This document shows positions 35,326 through 46,249 of a DNA stretch of 64,000 nucleotides, piece by piece (the first letter of the stretch is position 1; every line of letters starts with the position of its first letter). The notes below the pieces were generated by a model, which was not told the origin of the DNA, ran no database searches, and saw only the letters and a list, made by a program, of their open reading frames with translations. The position numbers were made by a program, and so were the translations under genes. The stretch spans positions 96,001 to 160,000 of the forward strand of contig CAVSMN010000012.1 in NCBI GenBank assembly GCA_963729045.1. The letters are read 5' to 3'. The stretch comes from an uncultured Nitrososphaeraceae archaeon. GTDB taxonomy: Archaea; Thermoproteota; Nitrososphaeria; Nitrososphaerales; Nitrososphaeraceae.

Positions 35326-35832
35326 CTATTTTTTCTTTGAGCCAAAAACATGCATATATCTAACAATGATATTTATGACGGTATATGACAATACGGAAGC
35401 AATTATAGAAGAGATGGTTGTCGATTCTATTGCCGAATATTCCAATTTTAGCAGCTGAACCATGAGAATGAATCTCGTGATGTTATTTACAATATCAAAA
35501 ATAGAGCTAGCGAATAACATTTTGATAAGAATTTGCTTGAATTTTTGAATATTTAGTTTTCCAGTTAATTTCTTTGTATATCTTTGTTTGTTGTCTAGGT
35601 GAAAGAGAATCGCAAAAATTAATTTGTAAGTGAGATAACCAGTTATAACTGTCAAAGCTGAGTTTAGTACAAAATCGATGGAATATTCAGCAGAAATGTG
35701 TGCAACGACTAAACTAAGCACGAACCCTGAAATCCCTGAAATTAATAAATTCTTGTTTAAGGAAAAGGTATTGTAATATTTCAAATAAGTATCTTTGAAG
35801 AACCTGTTAATTTTATCAACTCTCCATTTCAC
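35326..35832 (-). CDS. Hypothetical membrane protein (GtrA-like topology)
   Basis: Four hydrophobic segments. Confidence 0.6.
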   Translation of the reverse strand: MKWRVDKINRFFKDTYLKYYNTFSLNKNLLISGISGFVLSLVVAHISAEYSIDFVLNSALTVITGYLTYKLIFAILFHLDNKQRYTKKLTGKLNIQKFKQILIKMLFASSIFDIVNNITRFILMVQLLKLEYSAIESTTISSIIASVLSYTVINIIVRYMHVFGSKKK

Positions 35833-36411
35833 TTATAATCAAAAATATGCAATTAATATATAAATACATGGAATAATTAAAATTAAATATGCATTGATAC
35901 GGCCTTTTTCGAACTATTTTAAATAGCTATGCGATTGGTCTTTTTTTAGACACTCACTCCAGTATTATGCATTGTCTAAACCTTGAGATCTGACTATCTC
36001 GATTATCAAAATGACATTTGTGGGGGTGTAGCGAAAGTATTATTTGTACTGCGTCGTCTTCCGATTTGTTGTATAAAAGTCATTATTATTTGTCATACTA
36101 GCCCTTATATTGCAGCAATCCAAACCGACAAATGTAAAACTATTGTCAGAATTTCCTTAAATAAACTCAAATTTAAGCATGCTATTCATCGATACGTTCC
36201 TTATTGTTGGCCTTATGCTGATTTAAGAAAAGATTTTATTCTTTATATTGTGCTTATGTCTTATAATTTAAAAGCACATACCGTTCTGGTTTCAGATAAA
36301 CTCCAATAATCATCATCAAAAAAAAGCATAAAATAGGAAGAGGATCGCACTTTTGCAAAAAGAGAAATAGATACCATATCTGCTTAATTATAATGTATTA
36401 GAAAATGTATT

Positions 36412-36732
36412 ATGACCAAAAATTTAAAGGGCTTCAGAGTACAGAAACTGAGAAATTCAATAAAATTTTATTTACCCCGAATAGAAGGATACCTTGAAGT
36501 TGTAAAAAAGTTATCTGGCGAGTTTGAAGGGATGACTCTAATAGAGTTTGATGGCTATTTTGAAAAGAAAATCGAACCCACAAAGTATGTTCGGGTAGAA
36601 GTACATAAGAATAAACTAAACGAAAAGAGCTTGATAAAACTGGCAAACGAACTCAGAATGATTTTAAAACAAAAGAGTATCGCAATAGAGATAAACAATG
36701 AAATGATCTTGGTGGAAGCTGATAACGGCTGA
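36412..36732 (+). CDS. Hypothetical protein, DUF3574/PII-like pattern
   Basis: FEGMT...GYF...E...VEV...LANELR..LKQKSIAIE. Confidence 0.55.
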   Translation: MTKNLKGFRVQKLRNSIKFYLPRIEGYLEVVKKLSGEFEGMTLIEFDGYFEKKIEPTKYVRVEVHKNKLNEKSLIKLANELRMILKQKSIAIEINNEMILVEADNG

Positions 36733-37061
36733 AATTGAAAAGAAACCTGTCCATTTGAACAACTCATTGAATATGATTTAATGGTTATCTAATGAATGTA
36801 AACCAGTTTCTGTGTGTATTTGATATATCCTGCATAATTAAATTTTCAGGAAGATATTATCTTTACCCTCTATGATGATAATAGAATATCTTGGGGGTCG
36901 GTAAAAGTTGACGTCGTTCTCATGCTAATTTATATGTTAATTAATCTAAACATTCAATTTTTAAAAAATGTTCTTATATATTGGTATGTATATTAAATCG
37001 GGTTATTTTGTTGAGGTTATCTCAAAAAAGGCAAAAGGTCGTGAAAAAAAGAATGAATCTG

Positions 37062-37833
37062 TTACTGAAGATTTAGTTTACACCTAGGGATTGGTAACTC
37101 ATGTTTATGTCTATTGTTTCTTATCCACTCAATAACGGTTCTAACATCTTTTTGATCCACGCCCACTATTTCAGGGACTGGCGAATTTTTCAATATCTTG
37201 TCAAAATTTATTTGACCAAGAATTTTGTCAATAGTTTCATATGAGACTCCGATTTCACCTTCGGCGGTCTGTCCCTTCCATAACCTTGCACTACTTTGTT
37301 TTTCAATAATATGCTGTGGTATCTTCAATATACTTGGCAATTTTCCTAACTTCTGTTTTATACAGGTCTGCTATTGGAAAAATATCTGCTCCTCCATCCC
37401 CATATTTTGTGAAGTAACCCAGTTGCAATTCACTTTTATCTGCAGTTCCCACCACTATGCCTCCCATAACGGCGGCATAGTAATAGAGAATTGCCATCCT
37501 TAATCTTACCAGAAAATTGGCTTTTGCTAATTTGTTCCGAGGGAAAGTTCTTTATTATATGATTTTTACCCTTACCAATATCAATTAACTCATATTAATG
37601 TTCAATTTTTTTGAGATTTCTAATCCATGTTTTACATCAACCTTAGGAGTTACAGAATAGTCCGGAAGTAACAGGCCGAATACCTTATCAGATCCCAAAG
37701 CTTGTGCTGAGAGATATGCCGTAACAGTCGAATCTATCCCACCGCTAATTCCAATGACAACACAATTAGCGTTTCTTGACTTGGCCTCTTTGTTCAAAAA
37801 TCTTGAAATTTTCTTTAATACTTTTCTCTTCAT
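37062..37833 (-). CDS. nadE: NH3-dependent NAD+ synthetase; two frameshifts
   Basis: GISGGIDS, ANFLVRLRM, GTADKSE..LGYFTKYGDG, YKTEVR, SARLWKGQT.E, HK across three ORFs. Confidence 0.88.
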
Positions 37834-38384
37834 CCAAGATTCATTAAACCCCTTCTAAATGTAGCAAGTCGCATATGCCTCAAAATGTAATTATCTTTTA
37901 TAATTTAAATTAATGGCTTGGAATCTAATTCAGAGATTGGATTAGTATTTGAGATCATGCTATAAGCAGATATTTACCATCAATTGAATATCTTGACCTT
38001 TTCTTTATCGTTACTTTATCTACTAAGGGATTTCATCAAAATAATTTCTTAGGAGAGGAAAATTGATTTATTCTTGATATCTCATAACAATTCAACCTTT
38101 GCTAACTTGTTTGACTTTCCAATTCATGATAAATTAGAACGCATAGATAATTCAGTTGGATGTTTGACAACGTCTGCTAATACCAAAAGTGTCTGACATT
38201 TTTGGACAATCATTGATATTAATCTCGACCTGAAAGAATATCGGTCTGAATGTCCCATTAATACTCTGAATTCTTTGTAATGATCAAATTCTTCGAAATA
38301 TCATCTTAGCAAATTATCTCACTATTAATAATAAGTAATTATAGAATCATGTTTCCTTAGATCTTACAAGTAAGCATAGATGGT

Positions 38385-39110
38385 CTAAGGATTTTTGTTC
38401 TTTATTTGAGTCATAGTTATCTTATCATCATGACAACACCAATCAATCAGAAATTTTCCAGCTGATTGAGTATCTTCGTAAATTCTTTTAATGACAAAAT
38501 CATTATCATTTGGAATACAATGAAAATCTGAGAGTTCAAGTGGAGTATTATTGAGTGTAATAATATACTCGATGTTGGCCTTCACAGCAGAGTCAACACC
38601 TAGTGGTGAATTTTCGACAACTAGGGCTTCAGAGGGTTTTAGTTTTAGTTTAGAAAGCGCCGTATTAAACGGTTCAGGACTTGGTTTGCCCTCTTCCAAT
38701 TCCTCGCCAGATAGGATCAAATCAAATTTACCAAGGTTGTTTTGTTCTAATAGGAATTCTACCTCTTTCCTAGATGCCCCACTCACTACAGCCTTTAAGC
38801 AATTCTCACAATTGAGTGAGCCAATTAATTCTTTTACCCCAGGAAAAGCTGTTGCTCTTTGGATCTTTTCAAATAATTCTTTTTTCCGATTACTAATTTT
38901 TTCTACAAGGTTCTCATCAGGTGATTTGAGATTGTTTCGTTTGAAAATTTCCTGAATAAGTACGGGGCTAGGCATCCCCTCAAGTAAGAACACATTTCTT
39001 TTGTCGATCTCAAATTTAACTATTTCTCTAAATGCGATTTGAAAAGCCTCTGCATGAAATGGCATTGCATCTATTAGTACGCCATCCATGTCAAACAAAA
39101 TTCCTTTCAA
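38385..39110 (-). CDS. HAD-family phosphatase (beta-phosphoglucomutase-like)
   Basis: FDMDGVLID, VVSG, GKPSPEP, VENSPLG. Confidence 0.88.
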   Translation of the reverse strand: MKGILFDMDGVLIDAMPFHAEAFQIAFREIVKFEIDKRNVFLLEGMPSPVLIQEIFKRNNLKSPDENLVEKISNRKKELFEKIQRATAFPGVKELIGSLNCENCLKAVVSGASRKEVEFLLEQNNLGKFDLILSGEELEEGKPSPEPFNTALSKLKLKPSEALVVENSPLGVDSAVKANIEYIITLNNTPLELSDFHCIPNDNDFVIKRIYEDTQSAGKFLIDWCCHDDKITMTQIKNKNP

Positions 39111-39557
39111 CTTTAACGAACAAACTTCCGTTCAATAATATAAAGTAGTGTGAATAATAGAATATATGCTGATCCCGCCAGTTTGGAACAGAAAGGGCCT
39201 ACTCATTGGGGCCTGTCAGTCAAATGGACTAACTATCTTCCTTGATAAAACAGTAAGAATTGGCATTTGTCCTTACTTCATAAAAAATTCGTTGTATCAT
39301 CATAAATAAAGGTAGAGAAAATATTTCATACTTTGATTAAATGAATATCTTCACGTTAATAGATAGCATAAAATAAATAGATTTTTTTATTAAATCAATC
39401 TCAAATTAAATGGTAGATTGATAAATTATAATTTCTTTAAAGAGAACATGGAGTTAAATATTAGTGGTCAAACACTTGATCAAATATATAACCAAAAATG
39501 AACTTTTAACTAATAAATTAATCCCAATATCATAGTATTAACATAACATAGTTACTT

Positions 39558-39938
39558 TCATTGTTGTAATACACTATCAATGATTTCTCTTAATGCTGCA
39601 ATTTTGACTGGTTTTTGAACAATTTCGTTTATCTTGGCTAGCTTGTATGTCTCACTTATCATTAAATCCTCAACCATAAATGCTGTTATCAGAATGATTT
39701 TGATCTTATCATTAAATTTTCTAATCTCAGCAGCAAGCTCTATTCCTGACATCTGTGGCATCCGTAGATCAGTTAGTATCAGTGAAATCTCCTTTGTCCC
39801 TTGCTTAAAAAATTCGAGTGCCATTAGGGGATCAGTGAAGGTTACTGTATCATAACCCATATTTTCTAGAAATGCCTTAAATAATGAAGCCAGTTCCTTT
39901 TCGTCTTCAACGACCATTATAGACGTAGGTTCTGACAT
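39558..39938 (-). CDS. Stand-alone response regulator receiver
   Basis: VVEDE, TDLRMP (phospho-Asp), ITAF, QKP. Confidence 0.92.
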   Translation of the reverse strand: MSEPTSIMVVEDEKELASLFKAFLENMGYDTVTFTDPLMALEFFKQGTKEISLILTDLRMPQMSGIELAAEIRKFNDKIKIILITAFMVEDLMISETYKLAKINEIVQKPVKIAALREIIDSVLQQ

Positions 39939-40245
39939 ATCGAATACTTTAGCAAGTCAATATTTAACCGTTTTTAATATCAATAATGACTAGGAAATTG
40001 CTTCTGGTCACACGAGTTCAGCTAAATACACTATGGAAAGAAATCTCGTTTAATTGTTAAATGATCAACTCTGCAATGCTAATTCTCATAAAAAATTTAT
40101 AGCTTTTTCTTACCTGACTAAGGCTAATCCGATTTGGTATGCGTAAATCAAGTCATCTCTCCAATGAAGTCATACTAAAAAATGAAACTAAGAATTTTAA
40201 TAGCCCATGCTCTGCAACCTATAAAGTTCAAATGATAATTTTAAG

Positions 40246-41844
40246 ATCTCTTGCGTAATAATCCAAACATCTTTTATGAAAAGATGTGTGAATATATCGC
40301 AATCTCTAAATTATTTTAAGAGATACAAGAAGAAAAATCAAACGATATTTGTCTTGCAAATGAGGTTGAATATGTTGTTGACCGTTTAATTACTTATAAA
40401 TGTGAGATGTGTATAGATATATTAAGGAAAATTAATTAAGGGTTTGTGTCTCAAGTGACACAGGTTAATTTTTCTCATATATACAAAATTTTCCTACTAC
40501 CGATAATAAAATTCAATCCAATCCAATCAACCGATTGTGTACTAATATTAGATAATATATTAACCAAGTTATAAAAGATAAAAGATAAAAGGGAATCTGC
40601 ATTAGTTGCAGGGTTTTTATAATATCAAAAAATTAGGTTGATGTTTTATAATCATTTGACCGATATTTAACACGGTTCATAATTGTTACTGGTTTTTATT
40701 AAAATTCCTAATTATCTTACAATATTAATTATTAGATCTTACATAGTTAGCCAAACAGTTTTCTGTCCTTCTATCTTTTAGATAAGCCTGTCTTCCTTCC
40801 TTCCTTCCTTTGCTATCGTATGGTGTGAAAGGTTATCCACAAAACCATTACTTACTTTTCAAATCGTTCACTGGTCTTTTAATCAAACAGTTTGATGACA
40901 TCTATCAAACTATAGAATCAAAATACCAAACATGATAAAACGTCTTCTGTCTCGTAGAAAAGATAGAGAAAGAGAGAAAGAAAAAGAGAGAAAGAGCAGC
41001 AGGAGCAGTAGGAAGGCGGTTTAAGCTAGACATAAAAAATAGGTTTGTTATGATTTTGGTTTACTATAACTATACATAACCTATACCTTGACCTTGACCT
41101 TGACCTTGACCGGATACCTGTTTGATTTAGACCAGAGTACCGTATGTAGAGACATTCAAAAGATTGATGGCTTGATAAGACAGTGTACCCATTCTTCAAA
41201 AACTATCAGATGACCAAAAGATTGAACAGACCAGAGGAGGAAGTTGAAGCAGTACTTTCCAGGCTTTATGACTTTTAGACTGTACAGAGCAAGAAATACC
41301 AAGACCAAAGGACAGGATGAGAAGAAAGATATACTACTCTGGCAAGAAGAAAAAACATACAGTAAAGAATCTATACACAGTAAACGAACTCGGTCTTAAT
41401 CTACAAATCAAAACATAAGCAGGTAGAGGTAGGCAGGTAGGAGACATGATTACAAAATATACAAGAAGAATCATCCTGTTATCCCAAAAGATGTATTAAT
41501 AAATTTGATTTAGGATTCCTGGGCTGGGAGTACAAAAAGACTATCCAAAACAAAACCTCTTTACCGATAAGAAAGAAAGAAAAGAATCAAAAGGATCTAA
41601 CAGAAGGAGGAAAAGGAATACAACAAAGATCTATAAAATAAGGATAATAGTAGTTGAACATACCATCTGCAGGATAAAAAATACAGGATATTGAATGATG
41701 TGTTTAGAAATAGATTAAGAAAGTACGATAAGACATAGGACATAGTATCAGGACTGGTAAACTATAGGATAATGAATTCGTTAGGCTATTTGGATAATAT
41801 TGGATAGGAGACGTGATCTAGCCAGTTCTAATTACGCAAGAGAT
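40246..41844 (+). mobile_element. Decayed insertion sequence (IS5-like, DDE_Tnp_4-type transposase) bounded by 14-bp inverted repeats
   Basis: ATCTCTTGCGTAAT (40246-40259) and ATTACGCAAGAGAT (41831-41844) are exact reverse complements enclosing transposase remnants. Confidence 0.75.
40820..41785 (+). pseudogene. Transposase pseudogene
   Basis: Fragments FKSFTG, GRRFKLDIKNRFVMILVYY, LFDLDQSTVCRDI, DCTEQEIPRP...YYSGKKKKHTVK, VEHTICRIK, with many frameshifts. Confidence 0.85.
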
Positions 41845-41929
41845 TGATTCTCTATAACTCTAATTTTCTTGTAAACTAAAGGAAAAAGTAGCGCCGCTAT
41901 TAGCGATTTGACAATAATTCTCTACCTTA

Positions 41930-42070
41930 TACTATGCCCATATATTCCACAGTGAGCTTCAATGATTTTTTTCGCCAGATTTCGCCAAAATCGCATTTCC
42001 TTGGTTGATAAAAAACTTTTTTTTTGAATAGGTCGAGTATTATCCTATCATTGATATCTTCGTCTGAATC
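41930..42070 (-). pseudogene. Remnant of a histidine kinase HATPase C-terminus
   Basis: DINDRIILDLFKK..DFG / LAKKIIEAHCG / NIWA across frames, matching LFQKF..DFG...KLVEAHGGRIWA of the kinases in this window. Confidence 0.55.
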
Positions 42071-42296
42071 CTTCAAGTTTATTATAGAATATGACACATT
42101 TTAAGATCTCTTCAATCAGTTGATCCTTATTTGGATCCGAATTCCAATTGGTTTGTGAATTTTATTATCTAACAAGTTGCAACTAGGCACTATTAATTAT
42201 TGTTAAGCCCTGAATCCTAAAGTCGTTTAGAGTTTTTGATTTGCTATATCTAACATAATCATAAATATCGTTTGATTTATCGGGATTTGGCTCAAG

Positions 42297-42578
42297 TTAC
42301 TCCAAATACAAAAGAATCTCGCTAGTAGTAATCTTCTCAATTAATTTTTTACGTTCTATTTTTAACAATAAATTGAACCCAGAATCACTCAAAAAATACG
42401 AGTGATCGTTACCGTTATACGATATCAAGCCATATTCAATGAGGTAAAACAAATATTTTTTTATTAATTCATCTGAAATGGGCAATATTCTTTGAATATT
42501 CAAATATATATTATGGAGTGGAGAGCCTTTCAAACACATTAGCAATATAGGCTGAAATATAACCGCCTGCATAACCAA
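42297..42578 (-). CDS. Winged-helix DNA-binding protein
   Basis: KKYLFYLIEYGLISY...YFLSDSG wing motif. Confidence 0.65.
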   Translation of the reverse strand: MVMQAVIFQPILLMCLKGSPLHNIYLNIQRILPISDELIKKYLFYLIEYGLISYNGNDHSYFLSDSGFNLLLKIERKKLIEKITTSEILLYLE

Positions 42579-44245
42579 AATATTTTGGGTTCTCTCTTCA
42601 TCCTCTAATTAATTTCATAATCGTGACACACCGATCTTATCTATACTAGATTGACAGATATTTGTCCTCAGAGGGAAGAAATTATTGTAAAATGGGACTT
42701 GCACAGTTTCCATATCCAAATAGTTGTTAAATGCTTCGCATGTCCGATCCGTTCCTCCAATAAACACTGGGCACATTTTAGACAAATTGATATTATCTAA
42801 ACCGATCTTGACCATGTTTGAAAATTCTAGCGTAACATTCTATATAAGGAGTGATCCATCCAAGAGCCCTAGTGACTACCTTACAACAATCTCAAAGAAA
42901 TGGGACCAAGGATGCTGCTCCTATTGAGACAACCTGCCGACTGTTCGCATTTTGTCAACTAATTACACATATTATTACCATTGGCAGGTAATAAAATAAA
43001 CTATTGCAGAATAAACATATCAGTACAGAAGTCATAATCGAATAGTTAAACTTTGTTGATATAGTGTAAACAAAACCGGCAAAATTCCATAGGTTCTCCT
43101 TCAACAGTAACAGTCATTCTATCATGAATTTCTGTTAATTACCCAACAGTTTGATATTGACTATAGATAATATCGTTCTCGGTTGTAATCGCCATCTCAC
43201 CCTTTTTTTATGTTTATTAATTTCCATAGGATTTTGAAATGTGTCAGAATTTTTTATTACTATTGTATCTAGTTATCCATCAGTAACGTCTGCCCTATTT
43301 GTAAAATGAAATCCACTATGTAAAAAACCGTCATTAGATACCATTCCAATGGTCATTTTTGTCAAAAACCGTTTACTTGTCCTTTTGTCTCCAGAGGTCC
43401 AATCGATTATTTCATATATATTACTTTCATAAGTAGATTTAGTTGCAATGATTCCAGTAATAGCAGAAATCAGCCTACTACAGATTTGATTTCTTACCAA
43501 TTTAGACCTCTCGATAATTTTGCCCCCAATCCTGTCTCAGCCGCATTTAAAAATTTCCTGAAATTAGATTTTGAATCTACTTTATTACTAACCATTAGTA
43601 TTGTAACAATTACATCGATCGTTTGGATGTCATGTCATTAGATATTGATAGTTTCATGCAACATTACTCGAAATCAGTGGATAAATCAAGTGACCTAATC
43701 ATTACATCACTAATTCCTCCAAATATATCGTCATAATAGCATTTGGGTTAACGGGTCCAGCATCTTAAGTGTGATTAAATCATGAAGTTTAATAATTTAA
43801 ATCCTACAGATTCAAGATTAATGTTATGCCTTTCTTTCAAAAATCCATTAGTAACTTCATTAATATACCATCTTCACCCATAGGCAGTATATGAGTAGAA
43901 CCTTTCTGTAGATACTCTCGAGAGCGTAGGGTCCCTTTTTCTGATTTCACGGTGAATAGGATTTTTAGGTCATTACTAAAATATTTTATTGCTATTAGTT
44001 CAATGTAATGCCAGTATATTCTAGTTTCTCCACCCTTCGAATCAGGGTTCACTGTAATAACCAAGTTATCTGGCATAGGGTGTAACGAAGGTTAAGCAGT
44101 AAAGATGACCGTATACGTATCAAGCATTATCTTTGGGACTCAGCAAGACCCGAGAGTCACCATCATTGTGACGCTACAATTATGTAAGTCCAATCTTCAC
44201 AAACTCTCAATGAATCTTTTACTGATTGTCGCAGTGGGTGTAAGA

Positions 44246-44857
44246 TCAGCTTTCCGGGTTAATGTCACCAATAAGCTTTGAAGATTCAATTACACTTACA
44301 ACTTGTAAATCATCGCTACCTGAAATAATTTTCGATAAAGTTGGTTTTGCCTCCTTTCCCAATATCATTGCCTCCTTTCCCTTCCGCATTAATACCAAAG
44401 TCATGCTATTTTCTGTTAAAGTATGGGCAAAATTCTTGGCTAAATCCAACTGCTGTTGGAAAGTTGATTCTTTATCTGTCATGGAGTGAATGAATTCCTT
44501 GGCCCCATCCAGCTTATCCAATATTTTATCTACCGAGCTTTCGTTTTCCCTACCATTTGGTAAAACTTTATCTTTGGAGGTATCGCTGCTGACTTCCTTT
44601 AAGGAAATCAAACAATTCCGGTTCTAGTATGTCGATACTAATTTTGTTTGATTGGTTTTCGGAAGTAGCAACGATATCTATGGCTGATTTATTCTGGATT
44701 TCAATATGTAATTTTCCACTTTTAATAGTCTTTATTGATTTTGCTAACTTGTCAATCAAAGAATTGCTGGACTTTCCAATCTTCTTGTCGTCAATGTCTG
44801 TCAATCCAATCAAATCTCAATTATATGTTGGAAGGCCTCTAAGGGCCTGCTTGTCAT
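44246..44857 (-). CDS. Hypothetical protein; two probable frameshifts (near 44812 and 44605)
   Basis: ATG at 44857, then overlapping ORFs 44568-44813 and 44246-44611 that join into one product. Confidence 0.55.
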
Positions 44858-44880
44858 AAAATTCAGACTGATTAATATCA

Positions 44881-45207
44881 TTAGTTGACTTCATTATTGC
44901 TGTCATAGCCTTGAATATCCTCTCTACTTGGGATTTCTTTACCTTTCTTCTCCTCAAAGCTTCCGTTGTTTTTACTGTGAACTTCCGCAGATATTCTAAT
45001 TTTACCGTTCACAGTAAGGCTGCCACTGCAAATCTGGCACCCTTCATGACCTTGAGCTTTTGGCATTTCTATCTTGAGGTTATCAAATGAATATGTAACT
45101 ACTGCACCCTTTCCAGTTAACTTTTCAATTAATTGTTCCAAAATTGGCGGACCTTCTTCTGATATTTTATGGGTTATCTTATTTAGATTATTATTAAATT
45201 GATTCAT
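44881..45207 (-). CDS. Conserved hypothetical protein
   Basis: EKLTGKGAVVTYSFDNL...NGKIRI; co-oriented with the downstream gene. Confidence 0.65.
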   Translation of the reverse strand: MNQFNNNLNKITHKISEEGPPILEQLIEKLTGKGAVVTYSFDNLKIEMPKAQGHEGCQICSGSLTVNGKIRISAEVHSKNNGSFEEKKGKEIPSREDIQGYDSNNEVN

Positions 45208-45946
45208 TCTAGATACGATTATATAATTACATGAAACGTTATAAATCGTATATGTTTTGTTATCTTAATATCTAAGATTTAATTACACATATTTTCATCA
45301 ATGTCAGGAAATATTTCTCTTCCATTAAACTACTGAGATAACTGGGTCGCTTTATGGAACTTTATAGAGATCAAATAATAATTACTTGCGCTTTACAACT
45401 TTAGAAACATTATTTATGGAATCAAAAATGTCATTAACATATTACCTTAATCACTTAGAATTATCTCATCCTGGTTTTAGGATTACTTACAACTGGTCAA
45501 TTTATTGTAATACAAAATTAAAAGCTTTTGAAACCTGGCTATTAACACAATATATGAGAGAAATAGTGAAAAAAACTAACTTTAGTGTAAGCATATTCTA
45601 GGATGAGATGATTTGCAAGAACTTTTGAGTTGAAGAATAAATATGAATTATTTGTCATCTGAAGTCTAACAAAATGCTGATTTAGGGTGTTAGCAAATTT
45701 GTCAAATAGTTGATTAATAATTATTAAATAGTGAGAAGATTTTGCATTCTAAGACCTTTATGGGTTATGATAGTCATACAGAAGTGCTTGAAAAGCGTTG
45801 GATGTCTACTGGGTCTTTAATATTAGTCTTTGATTTATTGAATAGTTTCCTCTGGCTTTGTCCATTGAAAGAATACTGTGGCAGGTCATAATTGTTATTA
45901 AAAGAAACAAAGAACTTTAAATGGATTATGTGGATTATTTTAGTAG

Positions 45947-46237
45947 TTGATCCCTGAACATTGCTCTTTTGTATCAGACGGCATCAAATGCCCTCTTCCT
46001 CCTGAATTCATTATCGAGGTAGAAGATAAAACTGACAACAACAGTAAATTTATGATAGGAGTAACCTGTTCTGATCACAGGGCCTTATTGGAGAAGAAGT
46101 TTCATTTACTACAAAAAAAGAATACTATTCCTTCGGGAAAGATAAGTTTGACAAACATAAGAATAATTCACACAGACTGTATCAAGGGCACCCGAGAGGA
46201 TGAGGAAGAGGTTCGGATCAAAAGGTTAGATGTTTAG
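45947..46237 (+). CDS. Hypothetical protein, putative Zn-binding
   Basis: C-x7-C ... CxxH; TATA upstream. Confidence 0.7.
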   Translation: MIPEHCSFVSDGIKCPLPPEFIIEVEDKTDNNSKFMIGVTCSDHRALLEKKFHLLQKKNTIPSGKISLTNIRIIHTDCIKGTREDEEEVRIKRLDV

Positions 46238-46249
46238 ATGGCGGGTTTA

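Noticed and set aside
35983..36309. 108-aa Cys-containing ORF
   Set aside because: TTG start, no motif and atypical composition; cannot be supported. The same applies to ORFs at 30980, 31885, 34103 and 45386.
37303..37600. Programmed ribosomal frameshifting in nadE and other split genes
   Set aside because: No shared slippery heptamer plus downstream structure seen; the shifts affect unrelated genes, so sequencing error is simpler.
39170..39280. GC-richer stretch with a GGCCT/GGGCC hairpin upstream of the HAD gene
   Set aside because: A single weak stem with no C/D or H/ACA box arrangement; too little to call an RNA.
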